64,000 bases of DNA. Source: Vermamoeba vermiformis. Taxonomy: Eukaryota. Below are positions 14,703-26,498 of the stretch, piece by piece (position 1 is the stretch's first letter; each line of letters opens with the position of its first letter). The notes below the pieces were generated by a model that ran no database searches, was not told where the DNA came from, and saw only the letters and a list, made by a program, of their open reading frames with translations. The position numbers and the translations under genes were made by a program. The stretch lies in contig JBEWZL010000132.1 in the NCBI GenBank assembly GCA_045837725.1, positions 124,001 through 188,000 on the forward strand, in the 5' to 3' direction.

Positions 14703-17367
14703 ATGAAATATAGATCGAATTGTATAATATTCCTGCTAATACTCTACACTGTGTCAGTGAGCAGTGTTTTTCGTGTTGCGTCACTGCAGCCGATCAGTAG
14801 CAATTACCAAGCACCTAAAGTCATTCGCGATGCGCAAATAATGTGGTCAGAAATGGTTAATATGAACGGAGGATTATTAGTGAACGGCACACGTCACTTG
14901 GTAGAGCTGATTTTAGTGGATGTGGGAGCAAACACTTTTCAACAAATGCTTAAATATGTCTTGGAAGCGAACAAAGCGATTTACAATGGCACCTATGGAC
15001 AAATACATGCAACTATAGCCCCATACACGTCGTCTCTCACTGAAAGCCATGCGATCGAGGCTGAAAAAAACAAAATGCTAAGCTGCACACCAAGTAAGTG
15101 AAAACGATTGTGCCTTGTTCATTTATGGATTATATTCTATAATATCTTGAAGGAACGATAATTTACCCTGTTAATTCTGCATCCAATTTTGATAAATTTC
15201 CGATTTTTTATCGAAACTCAAAACACAAGCATTAATCTATAGAAAATAGGTGGCTCGGCTAATACAATATTTGAATGCGATGAAAATCAATTCACACCAT
15301 GTACTACACAAACCGGACGTCGCTTCGAGTACATGTTTGGTACGCAACATGGCGTCTCTACAGTGTTTGATCCAGCACTCGCGTTGCTCAGAGTTAAAGG
15401 GGCCCGAACCCTAGCATTATTTCGAGAAGTCGGCTCGAATGATGTGTTTTACTCAGCTGCCAGAAAGGGCTTTATGCAGACAGCTCAAAATCTAAAATTG
15501 ACAGTGGTCGCGGATCTCACCGTGCCATTTGCGAGTGCGCTCGATGATGCAGCAATAGAGAATATGAAGGAACTCGTACACCAGATCCAACCTTCCAAAC
15601 CGGATGTAGTCGTAGGTGTGGGGCTAGAGTTTGCCTGTCACGCCTTTGTGCGTGCCGCCAAGCTGCTGAACTACACTGCGAACGAATTCCTGATGACAGT
15701 GTGTATCAGTAATATTCGTTCATTCAAAGCAGCACTTGGAGAGGACACTCGATTCGTAATGGGACCTGTGGACTGGGATAGGCGCTTGACTGGCAGAGTG
15801 TACACTGAAGACGGCTCATCAAGAATACACTACTTTCCCCATGTAAACGTAAGTCTAGCGTCAGATATCTCAATTCGAAACTAAAATTTTTTTCGTGTAG
15901 GGCACGCCACCTAGTGCTGAACAGTTTGCAACCAAATTTCAAGAAAGATTTGGATACACTCCGAGCTACCACGCAGCATCGACGTTCGGATGCGGTCTAG
16001 CTTTCCAAGCAGGAGTTGAAGCGGCGCAGTCATTTGAAACCGAGGCCTTGAAGTACGCCATTCGCGAAGTGAATGAAATCACCTTTATGGGACAACTACA
16101 GTTCAATACATTTGGACAGATTATCGACCAGGGTCTGAGCCCCGCACTTCAATTCAATCGATTCAACGAAGACCAGCTCGTTCTTCCCATCGCGTCCTCA
16201 GCAAGCGACGTGGTCTACCCGATTCCTGGATGGAACGAACGCACCGAACAAGTCTATTGGTACTCTACAGCGACTGAGCTCGCCATTGCCATCATCGCTG
16301 GCACGTTGTTCCTTGGCTGCATTGCACTCGTTGTCTTGTTCATAGTGTGGCGTAACAAACCTCAAATCGTCGCCTCATCGCCACTGTTCATCTCGCTGAT
16401 CATCACAGGAGGAGCGATGATGTACGCCAGTCTGTTCTTCTGGATGCTCGAGACCACTGATTTCATGTGCAACATTCGCTTGTGGCTTCTTGGTGTCGGC
16501 TTTGTTCTGATGTTCAGTGCGTTGTTGGTGAAGACATGGCGGGTATGGAAGATCTTTCGCGACAAGAGCTTGAAGATCATCAAACTTGACAACGCGTACT
16601 TGTTGAAGATCATGGCCGTTGCATTGGCCATTGAACTACTCGTGCTTGGACTGTGGAGTGGTCTGTACCCACCATATGCAGCCCCAGTGATCGTGGATAT
16701 CAACAGACCTGCCGTCAATTACAAATACTGCGCGAGCGCTGAAACACTTCCATTTGCGTTGGTGCTGATCGTGTACAAAGGATTGCTCATCATTGCAGCA
16801 GTGGTGCTTGGCTTCTCTTCACGCAAAGTACGAAGCGAGTACAACGAGTCAAAGTTCGTTCTCATTTCAGTGTACAACATCACCTTTGCATCACTGCTGC
16901 TTCTCGTGCTGTTTGCAATCAACATCACTGATCGGTACATCGATTTTGTGATCAGATCCGTTGCCATTCTGTGGGCAGTGACAGCCACACTGTGCTTGAT
17001 GCTCGTTCCAAAGATCTATTATGTTGTGACTGGCTCAAAAGACCCCACAAAACGACGTCCGAATGAACCCGCGCAAGAAGTCGTGCCTGCGAACAGTACT
17101 CCGGAGACTTCCGAAGACGTGCAAGAAGAACTCGAGCAATTGCTAGAACACAAGCGGTTATTAAAAGAACGATGGATCGAACTGAAAGCAAATGGCAACC
17201 AGTCAAAAACAAGCCGATCTTCCTCGCACAACACCTCTTCGGATCGTTTGCCTGAAACCACAAATGAATCACCTGAAGCTACAAGTGTGATAAGGGTGCA
17301 GGACAATGCGGCTGGTGACCACCACGAGCAGCTTGAGTGTGATCACGTGTACGTGCCACAAACGTAG
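14703..17367 (+). CDS. Class C (GABA-B/Grl-like) GPCR, copy 1
   Basis: Signal peptide, periplasmic-binding-protein type 1 (Venus flytrap) ectodomain, 7TM with IVASSPLF, LLVKTWRVWKIF, YNESKFV and LVPKIY, and a coiled-coil tail. Introns 15094-15249 and 15849-15900. Confidence 0.9.
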
Positions 17368-17746
17368 CTTCTGTTGTGATGTTTTTTGGGTGAAGGAGCC
17401 GAGGCATTCCCTCGAGTCATGAATGCATCAAGTATCCTTGATCTACTTGGCGTGTTAAAGCGACACATATACTGTGGCTTATTGTCACGACAAGAATCGG
17501 CAAGTCACAGAGCACTTCAAAAGATCCGTTCATTAGCCGAGTACTCAATAAATTGGCGTTGTATTCAATTCATGGCAGTTTCACAACTGACAAGTTTGAC
17601 GCCAATTCAATTGAATTATCTCGCGGGAGGTTGACATTGGTCTTTTTAACTCCGATTCCTTAAGGGCTAACATGACTTGTATTTTAGGTTCGTATTAACT
17701 ATATTGATTTATCTTGGATGAGAATTTGAAGAAAGAAGAAGTAAGC

Positions 17747-18913
17747 ATGACGGATGTAAGCAGCAGATCACCATTTAAGAACGAAGAAAAGCTCCCCATA
17801 GAAAAAGTCGCAAAATTATTACAATTATTGTCCCCAAAAGCGCTCGAGAAACTTGCAACAAAAGTTTTTGGATGGGAACCCGAGGAGGCTTTGCCAGCAG
17901 TCAAAGAAGATCACAAGCGAGCCCTTGCGTCAGATATAATCAAATACATATCAAACAACGACATTGTTGAGACGCCAAAAAGAAAGGGTGTCAAGGATGC
18001 GTTATTTGGCACTGGCGAATATAAAATAGTACGTTATGGTCACTGGCACAATCACTTTACCACAAAAAATGGAGATACAATATTGGGGAAGATTAAAAAA
18101 CAGATTGCGCAATTTATTGAAGATCCGGATGTAGTTTTTTTTCATGTTGGCAAGTGCACTGCCAATAGTGCCGAAGAAGCTGTTTATAATCGCTGGAACA
18201 CCACGTATTCACGAGGATACAGCGGAATTACGGTTGTTTATGAAGACAGTGAAGTGAATTCAGCTCTTGCCGCTGCTCGCTGGAGCGTGAGAGAAGCGCG
18301 ACAAATTAAGTTTGAAAAAGAATTGCATCGCACATTTAATCAACATGAAAAGTGGATTCCGCAATCGACAGAAAAAACTGGCAGTGTCGCGGAGACTCCG
18401 AAGAAGACTTTGTGCTTGTACATCGCTTATCGCAGCACCCGCCTTGACGTGATCGATTGGAGTCCTGACAGTACTAGCAACAACAACAATAAGGAACAAA
18501 TCACTGCCTTCTCGAGACCACCGCCGAGCACTCCGACCAAGTTTGCCTCAGAACCGATTGTCGGGCACGCAGCACGTGTCTCGAGTGTCAGCAGCAACAG
18601 TCACGTGACGTCACCAGCGACAGTGAACAAAGAACTCAATTTTGACACGCCTGTGCAGCAGAAGATGTCAGCCACTTCTGCAGGACCACGTGACTTAGTT
18701 GGCTATGAAGGCACGATTGCAGATCTCAAAGAGCGATTTGACCGCGACGACATTAAGCGATGCAAATTGAAGATGCTGAGCGGAAAATTGGACGGCCAGA
18801 ACGTTGAGATAACTAAGTTTAATGGCACTGCAACCGAAGTAAAGATACTCAGCAGTGGAGATATGAAGTATTGCGCCACCTCGAATAGAATTCGCGTTCT
18901 CTCCTACGGTTGA
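17747..18913 (+). CDS. Intronless protein with a divergent GIY-YIG-like central domain and a KOW/SH3-like C-terminal domain
   Basis: Long open frame, first in-frame ATG at 17747. FFHVGKC..NRW..Y..FEKELHRTF resembles GIY-YIG/T5orf172 motifs; KMLSGKLDGQNVEITK..TEVKI resembles KOW. A conserved paralogous remnant at 13711 supports coding status. Confidence 0.6.
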   Translation: MTDVSSRSPFKNEEKLPIEKVAKLLQLLSPKALEKLATKVFGWEPEEALPAVKEDHKRALASDIIKYISNNDIVETPKRKGVKDALFGTGEYKIVRYGHWHNHFTTKNGDTILGKIKKQIAQFIEDPDVVFFHVGKCTANSAEEAVYNRWNTTYSRGYSGITVVYEDSEVNSALAAARWSVREARQIKFEKELHRTFNQHEKWIPQSTEKTGSVAETPKKTLCLYIAYRSTRLDVIDWSPDSTSNNNNKEQITAFSRPPPSTPTKFASEPIVGHAARVSSVSSNSHVTSPATVNKELNFDTPVQQKMSATSAGPRDLVGYEGTIADLKERFDRDDIKRCKLKMLSGKLDGQNVEITKFNGTATEVKILSSGDMKYCATSNRIRVLSYG

Positions 18914-19269
18914 GTTGAATGGCGCTCGAAATGTGTTTTCAACGAAATTTAACAAGCGATCCGGAGTAAGTACGAATGACTCTCTACATACTTTGTTAAA
19001 TCGCCCGTATATCAATCATACTGTCGTTTATGCTGATCGATCTCAGCATTTGTATAGCCGAGGAAATTTGCCTTTTTTGTATATTTGTTCAACACGAGAC
19101 TAACACAACGGGTTTTTTTGGACAGGTTATTAAAATCACTGTTTTACACTCAACAACACAACACGCATTGTTTCGCACTCTCAGCCAATGAAACTACGAA
19201 CGAGTAAGTCGATCGGATCTAAAGGCAATTTAGTTAAATTGAGCTAATTAGCTAACTAATAGGCATACG

Positions 19270-21925
19270 ATGAAATACAATGCAGGGTATATTATAGTGT
19301 TGCTTATAATCAACACAGTCTCGGTGAGCGGTGTTTTTCGTGTCGTGTCACTGCAGCCGATCAGCTCAAATCTACAGCCTGCCAAAATTATTCGCGATGC
19401 ACAAATCTTATGGTCTGAAATGGTTAATCTAAGAGGAGGTCTTTTAGTGAACAACACACGTCACTTGGTGGAGCTGATTATTGTGGATGTGGGTGCAAAC
19501 ACTTCTCAAGAAATGCTTAAAAATGTCATCAATGCGAACAAAGCGATATCAAATGGTAGTTATGGACGAGTACACGCAATAATGGCTCCGTACACATCAT
19601 ATCTTACTGAAGAACACGCGCTCCAGGCTGAAAAATATAAAATGCTAAGCTGCACACCAAGTAAGTCAATAATAACAATTACAAACGCACGCAAGTCATT
19701 TATTCTTTGTTCCTTTCGATACCGATTTAAATTTGTTATTTTACATGCCGGATGTTCTACGCGATATTTCAAAAAAATTGAAAACTTAGCAAATTCGTTA
19801 TTATTTATTGCTAACATTCGTAAATTAGGTGGTTCAGCTAATACAGTATTTGAATGCGATGAAAATCTGCTCACGCCATGCACGGCATCAAACGGGCGTC
19901 GCTTCGAGTACCTCTTTGGCGCACAATGCGGTATAGCTACAGCATTTGCACCAGCACTCGCGCTTCTAAGAGTTAAAGGCGCTCGGACCGTGGCAGTATT
20001 CCGCGAAACAGGATCGAATGAGCTGTTTTACGCTTCTGCCAGAAGTGGTGTGATCCAAGCTGCGCAAAGTCTGAAATTGAAAGTAGTCTCGGATCTCACC
20101 GTTCCCTATGTAGATACCTTAGACACCAAAGCCATTGATAATATGAAGACTGTTATAGCTCAGATTAAACCGACCAAAGCGGATGTAGTGGTTGGTGCTG
20201 TTTATGAATCCGCGTGCCATGCTTTCGTGCGTGCTGCGAAGAGCTTGAACTACACTGCGGGCGAGTTCTTGTTCTCAGTGTGCATCAGCAATAGTGACTT
20301 GTTTAAAGAAGTGCTTGGCCTCGATGGTCGGTACGTGATGGGCCCTGTGTCCTGGGATCGACGCTTGACAGGCAGAGTGTACAACGAAGATGGCTCGTCG
20401 AACATACACTACTTCCCTCACGTTAATGTAAGCATTTGTTCGAATCGTGTGGCATTTTTTATTTTTCGATTATTACAAAATGAATAACTTTTTGACTGTT
20501 GCTGTTTAGGGCACGCCGCCGAGTGCGGAACAGTTTGCATTAAAATTCCAAGAAAGATTCGGGTACAGCCCGAGCTATCACGCAGCCTTGGCCTTTGGCT
20601 GTGGCCTAGTTTTCCAATCAGGAGTTGAAGCAGCCAAGTCGCTCGAAACCGAAGCCTTAAGACACGCAATTGGCGAAATGAACGAAATTACGTTTATGGG
20701 GCAACTGCAGTTCAACGCCTTTGGACAGGTTGTCGACACAGGTCTCGGTGCCACAGTACAATACGATCGATTTGACGAAGATCAACTCGTGCTTCCTATC
20801 GCATCCTCTGCCACAGATGTCATCTACCCGATGCCTGGATGGAATGAACGCACCGAACAAGTCACCTGGTACTCCAACACCACAGAACTGGCCATCGCAA
20901 TTATCGCAGGCACATTGTTTTTGGGATGCATTGCACTCGTCATCTTGTTTGCAGTGTGGCGTGACAAACCTCAAATCGTTGCATCATCGCCACTGTTCAT
21001 CTCGCTGATCATCACAGGAGGAGCGATGATGTATGCCAGTCTGTTCTTCTGGATGCTCGAGACCACTGATTTCATGTGCAACATTCGCTTGTGGCTTCTT
21101 GGTGTCGGCTTTGTTCTGATGTTCAGCGCGTTGTTGGTGAAGACATGGCGGGTATGGAAGATCTTTCATGACAAGAGCTTGAAAATCATCAAACTAGACA
21201 ACGCGTACTTGTTGAAGATCATGGCCGTTGCATTGGCAATTGAACTACTCGTGCTTGGACTGTGGAGTGGTCTGTACCCACCATATGCAGCCCCAGTGAT
21301 CGTGGATATCAACAGACCTGCCGTCAATTACAAATACTGCGCGAGTACTCGAACACTTCCGTTTGCAGTGGTGCTGATCGTGTACAAAGGATTGCTCATC
21401 ATTGCAGCAGTGGTGCTTGGCTTTTCATCACGCAAAGTACGCAGCGAGTACAACGAGTCAAAGTTCGTTCTCATTTCAGTGTACAACATCACCTTTGCCT
21501 CGCTGCTGCTGCTCGTGCTGTTTGCAATCAACATCACAGATCGGTACATCGACTTAGTGATCAGATCAGTTGCCATTCTGTGGGCAGTGACATCCACACT
21601 GTGTTTGATGCTCGTTCCAAAGATCTATTACGTTGTGACTGGCTCAAAAGACCCCACAAAACGACGTCCGAACGTACCCACACAAGAAGTCGTGCCTGCA
21701 AACAGGACTCCGGAGACTTCCGAAGACGTGCAAGAACAACTCGAGCAATTGCTAGAACACAAGCTGCTATTAAAAGAACGATGGATCGAACTGAAAGCAA
21801 ATGGCAACATGTCAACAATAACAAGCCGATCTTCCTCGCACAACACCTCTTCGGATAGTTCTCCTGATACCACAAATGTAACAAGTGTGCGTGAAGATGT
21901 AGCAGGCGAATATAAAGATGCTTGA
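19270..21925 (+). CDS. Class C (GABA-B/Grl-like) GPCR, copy 2
   Basis: Same architecture and intron positions as copy 1 (introns 19661-19828 and 20428-20509); the 7TM region is nearly identical. Confidence 0.9.
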
Positions 21926-21996
21926 ATTAATTATTGAGGGTGTGCTAGCGAAAACTGCCTGACTCTTTTTGGTCGCAACAAGGCAAAACAGCAATC

Positions 21997-23746
21997 ATGA
22001 GGTATAATTGCAATATTTGGATTAAAACTATCATTTGAGTCAAAATATATATTGTTATGTATTTTTTTAACTTGTTTTACTTCCATCCAGCGGCAGAAAG
22101 AGAAGAAAATCTCAAAGTTTACCAAAAAATGCCAAAAAGAGAAAAGTAAGTGCAATTACACTAACAAATATGCGATCGAAGATGTTTTTAATTTTCAGAA
22201 TTTGTTGTAATTAATTTTTAATTTCTTCAGGTCGCAGATCCGAGCCTGGACGAGGTTTGTAGATTAGTATCGAATTCAATAATATAACGATTTTATTCAA
22301 GATAACTCCATGGGAGACGCTACCGAAAGAGCTTTGGGAAACGATCTTTGCCTGTTTTTTAAAGGATCATCTGGCTAGCAAGGTTCCGTTCAAGTTCCTT
22401 CGAGAGGTATCAAAGACGTTGAAAAGACGATGCAACGAATATCTTCAAAAACTTGAGAAGAAAATTACAGACGACTTCCTTCCGGATGAGATAGCGATGG
22501 CTGGTGGAGGTTATTTGTCCTGCCTCAAATACGCCGTTGAGAACGGCTTGGAAATGAGCTCAGAGGCCGTGGAAGAAGCTATCTATCAAGGTCCCTATAT
22601 TCATATCATCAAATACGCCGTCGAAGAAATGAAGGTGCCGTGGACAATAGACGCACTGTGTGGGATCGTCAAGAGAAACAATATTGAGCTATTGAAATAC
22701 GCTAGCAAGACTGGTGGCAGAAAATTCATCAATTTCTTGGTGTGTGAAAAGGCTGCTAGAGCGGGAGGCATTCAGTGCTTGAAGTACATTAAACGGCTCC
22801 GGCTCGGGGCTGAATGGAGAGACATGAAAGTATTTGCAAAAGCAGCAGCGAGTGGCAGCTTGGAGTGTGTCAAGTACTTGCACCAAATCAAATGCCGCTG
22901 GGACGCTGAAACGTGTGCTGCAGCTGCGGGCAAAGGTCACTTGGAGATCTTGAAGTACTGTCACGAGAATGGCTGTCCGTGGGACGATGACACGGTCTAC
23001 AATGCCGCAAGCAATGGCCATTTGGACTGTATTAATTACGCAATTGAAAAGGGCGCACCAGTCACAACAGAAGCGCTGCAAGCTGCTTTTGCACACTTCG
23101 AGTGCATGAAGGTCTTGCATCAACACTTGGGTACGTAAGCCACTTTGTTGTTACAATTGATCTCATTCTGCCTGACAGGTGAATGGTCAGAAGATATTCG
23201 GTGGTTCTACGCAACAATTGGCGGTGACCGCGTGGAATGCTTCAGGTACGCACACGAGAACGGTGCTGCGTGGAACGAAGATACAACTGGCGATGCAGCA
23301 AGACATGGTGCGTTCGAGTGCCTCAAGTACGCACACGAGACTGGTGCTCCGTGGACAGAAGGGATATGCTCAAAAGCTGTTTGGGAAAACAACTTTGACT
23401 GTTTGAAGTACTGCCACGAGAACGGTGCTCCGTGGGACAAAGACACTGCATGGTCAGCGGCACAGCACAGCACCATTGACTGTTTGAAGTATTGTCACGA
23501 GAATGGCTGTCCATGGGATGCAGCGACACTCAGAGTGGCCGCACATGATGTGAAGTCTTTTCCGTGCTTGGAGTACGCCGCTGAAAACGGATGTAAGTCA
23601 TTGGACTGAATGATATTAATATACGACCCATGGTAATAACCTAAACAGGTCCTCGAAACGACGAAGTGTGCAAAATGTGCTATGACGCTAAGACACGCGA
23701 TTACTTGCACGAGAATGCAATTTGCACGTGTAAACTGAAAGGTTGA
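21997..23746 (+). CDS. F-box + ankyrin-like (YAHENGCPW-type) repeat protein, copy 1
   Basis: Spliced N-terminus MSGRKRRKSQSLPKNAKKRK|VADPSLDE|ITPWETLPKELWETIF (F-box), many LKYxHENGxPW repeats, and a last exon with CKMC..YLHENAICTC. Confidence 0.85.
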
Positions 23747-23873
23747 AACAATCTGATAAGAGTCGATATTAAACACTACAAGCAGCTAGCTTTACAACAA
23801 TACAAACATCAGTCGGAATATCTAGCTTTCCGAAACTATCAAGCAATTCCTAAGGCGCAGTGCAGGACCAAGC

Positions 23874-25198
23874 TCATTGGATCGAGCACAGGCGCCCTTG
23901 ATTGGTACTAGCAGCAATTGGAGGAGCAACAGGAGTCGGTGGCGTAAATCCTGGCACTCTGTCATAGCTCGATGTTAGCAGAATATTTACGCTGTCAGTC
24001 GGTCATCGCTACGTACCGCATAGCTTTGAGCAAGTCATCTTTCAAGGACTCCATCACCTCGTTCATATTCTTCGTTAACTTTGCCGAGCATTCAAAGTAC
24101 TTCATCTTTAGCGCTCGTGCCAGAACCTGTCAAAAAGTTAACGCGTTGAGCGGATGTGACAAGTGACGTGTCACGACACTCACCCTAGCTTCTTTGGCTG
24201 ACACTTGGCGATTGTGCTCGAGATCAGATTTAAGGCCCAACAAGTACATCACTGGCTGGTCCTCGGGTCCTTTAGCTTTAAACGCTTTGCACAAGTCCGG
24301 CACGAACTTGTTGATGAGCGAAATCAAGCTCTGTTTGTCATCGATGCTGAAACACAAAAACACTGCGCGTGCTCCTCTGTAGTACATGGGTGCTAGATGT
24401 CTATAGCGCTCTTGCTGCATTTGTATTGAGTCAAAGCTAATTTTTTGTAACCGGATCCAAATCTACTTACACCTGCTGTGTCCCACTAGTTAAATTATTA
24501 GGAAATGAATACAATTGCCAATACCGATCGTATAGTGCTTACAAACTCGAATTTGCTGGTGATTCCGTCAGGATCCACTAATTTCTTCGCGAGCTGGATC
24601 GTACGATCATCAGTTTTATTTCTTTATTCAGACTAGTACTTACAAAAGAGGGTGCAATCGTAATTTCTGGCCATTTGTCATAATATCCTCGCTAAATTAC
24701 ATCGATTAAGACTATCAATATCACTAGTACTAGTTACAATTCGGTACGCACCACATAAGTGTTTACAAATGACGTTTTTCCAACGCCTTCCACGCCTAGG
24801 AAAATCGTTTTGAAATTAAACGCACCATTGTTGATTGAATTGTTTTGCACCCTGGCACAGTAAATAAAATTTAACTTTACACCGAATCTGGTCTAAGTCA
24901 AACTTACAATTGAATTAAACTCTCTCTAGGAAGTGAATACGTCGTGTCTCTATTGGTTAGATAGATTTTATCCTCTAGTAAACGTCAGAAACTCTAATCA
25001 TCAAGATCCAAAATATTTTTTACCTTTAGAGATTTTTATTTCGGAACTAATTGCTGCGAACGGATCCCTTGTACTGAGTTCGTGATAGAATAATCTATTG
25101 ACGAATTTTAAATCGATTAAATCATTAATATCATCGAGGAAAGTGAGGATGTTGCTCCAAACTTCGGGAGGGAGCGTTCCAAATTCTGTTTTCTCCAT
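23874..25198 (-). CDS. F-box-Rab-like small GTPase fusion with CaaX end
   Basis: LPPEVWSNILTFL (F-box) splices in phase to GVEGVGKTS (G1), WDTAG|QERYRHLAPMYYRGA (G3/RabF), GLKSD (G4), ECSAK (G5) and terminal CSIQ*. Confidence 0.8.
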
Positions 25199-25520
25199 TA
25201 TGTATGCAAAATTAATATTGGGCGTAATGATTGTCGCTTTGTGGTGTTTTCTGGTTGGAAGCTACGTTTCAAGATCTTGCAAGAGGTTGAAACGTAGCTT
25301 CCAACCTGGGCAGGTTTGTTATTCTACATATAATAAAGAAAACAGATTCTAGACGATGATGTTGCCTGGCGTCCCATTCAAACGAGATTATGTTGAAATT
25401 GACCTTCCTCCACAAATTTCCCGTTAATAAAATTGATAAAATTGAGCACGGCAAAAGAAGGCACACCTTGCCACCCAAATTTATTTAGTTAATTTTTCTG
25501 AACAGTGAAACAGAATAGCG

Positions 25521-25736
25521 ATGTCGAACACCTCAACTTCTGGCACAGCGAACTCTCGTGAGGAGAACATCTTCGTGCTGTCGAACTTCTGGCCCGAGAC
25601 GAAAGAAGATTTGGAATTTTACAAGTACTGCGAAGAGATGCCGAAATTATCTCATGCCGATGTTCGTAAGCAACGAGCCGAGTCATACAAAACATACCAG
25701 CAAGCGCAACAGTGCGTTATCGGCAAAATAATTTAG
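25521..25736 (+). CDS. Possible first exon of a small hypothetical gene
   Basis: ATG-initiated ORF with protein-like composition and a GTGCGT donor-like site; downstream exons could not be resolved. Confidence 0.25.
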   Translation: MSNTSTSGTANSREENIFVLSNFWPETKEDLEFYKYCEEMPKLSHADVRKQRAESYKTYQQAQQCVIGKII

Positions 25737-26498
25737 TTGAGACTCTCGCTTGCTTGCCGCGATATCGCTACTAAAGCACTTGTGCAAAGATAGCGGCAAT
25801 AAATGCAACCTTAAAATTAACGAAGTTTCGATGCTTTAAATCCAAATCGCCACGCTCCACCGACCAGTGCTTCAACTGACTAATCAAATGGGTCATCGCT
25901 GGGAAGCAAGGCGAATACTGAAGCAGACTTACGCACAAAGAGGAGGATCCGAATCCCAAAGTCAACTCTGCGGTACAGGAAGTTAATAACATCATCATAC
26001 GGTTGGAAGTTGTTAAATGAGTACCATCGACACGTGATCAAGTGATTGCAACGATTAATCGATTCGTTTAGGTCTTGGGATGCGAGATCAACCACTTCGC
26101 TGTGGGTCAAAGACGCCGAATCGATTGAAAATCTGCAATTTCACCCTATACAACGTCTGAAGACCGCTAAATCATCTTCCAAGAAAAGACGAATCATGTA
26201 CAACACGGATCTAAATTTGGCTATCATTTTCGGTTTGGAGATGACTGGTGCTTGGTGTCTATTAGTGTTATTAGGTCTTTGTGCTCCTTTCCCAGTGCGT
26301 CGCTTTTTAGCTGACGGTTTCTTGATCTGCGGTGCCTTGCGCTTCTGGTTAAGTAATTATTATTTGATCTTGACATTCGAAGAACACACAACGATGATGA
26401 ATTTTCTACATCAAGCTGAAAATCGTTTGCCGCTGCTCAAAGTCATTTTAAATAAGCTATATAAGGCCTCGCCTATTGTTTCTAACTCGGGATGCAGT

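Noticed and set aside
16362-21884. Duplicated minus-strand ORFs conserved between the two GPCR loci
   Set aside because: They are shadows of the near-identical sense-strand 7TM sequence, with no independent coding evidence.
25880-26480. Possible gene on either strand, including ORF 26046-26582 and a minus-strand basic KRKAPQIKKPSAKKRR frame
   Set aside because: No consistent start, splice and stop model could be built; only the 3' end of the + ORF is supported, as part of F-box-ankyrin copy 2.
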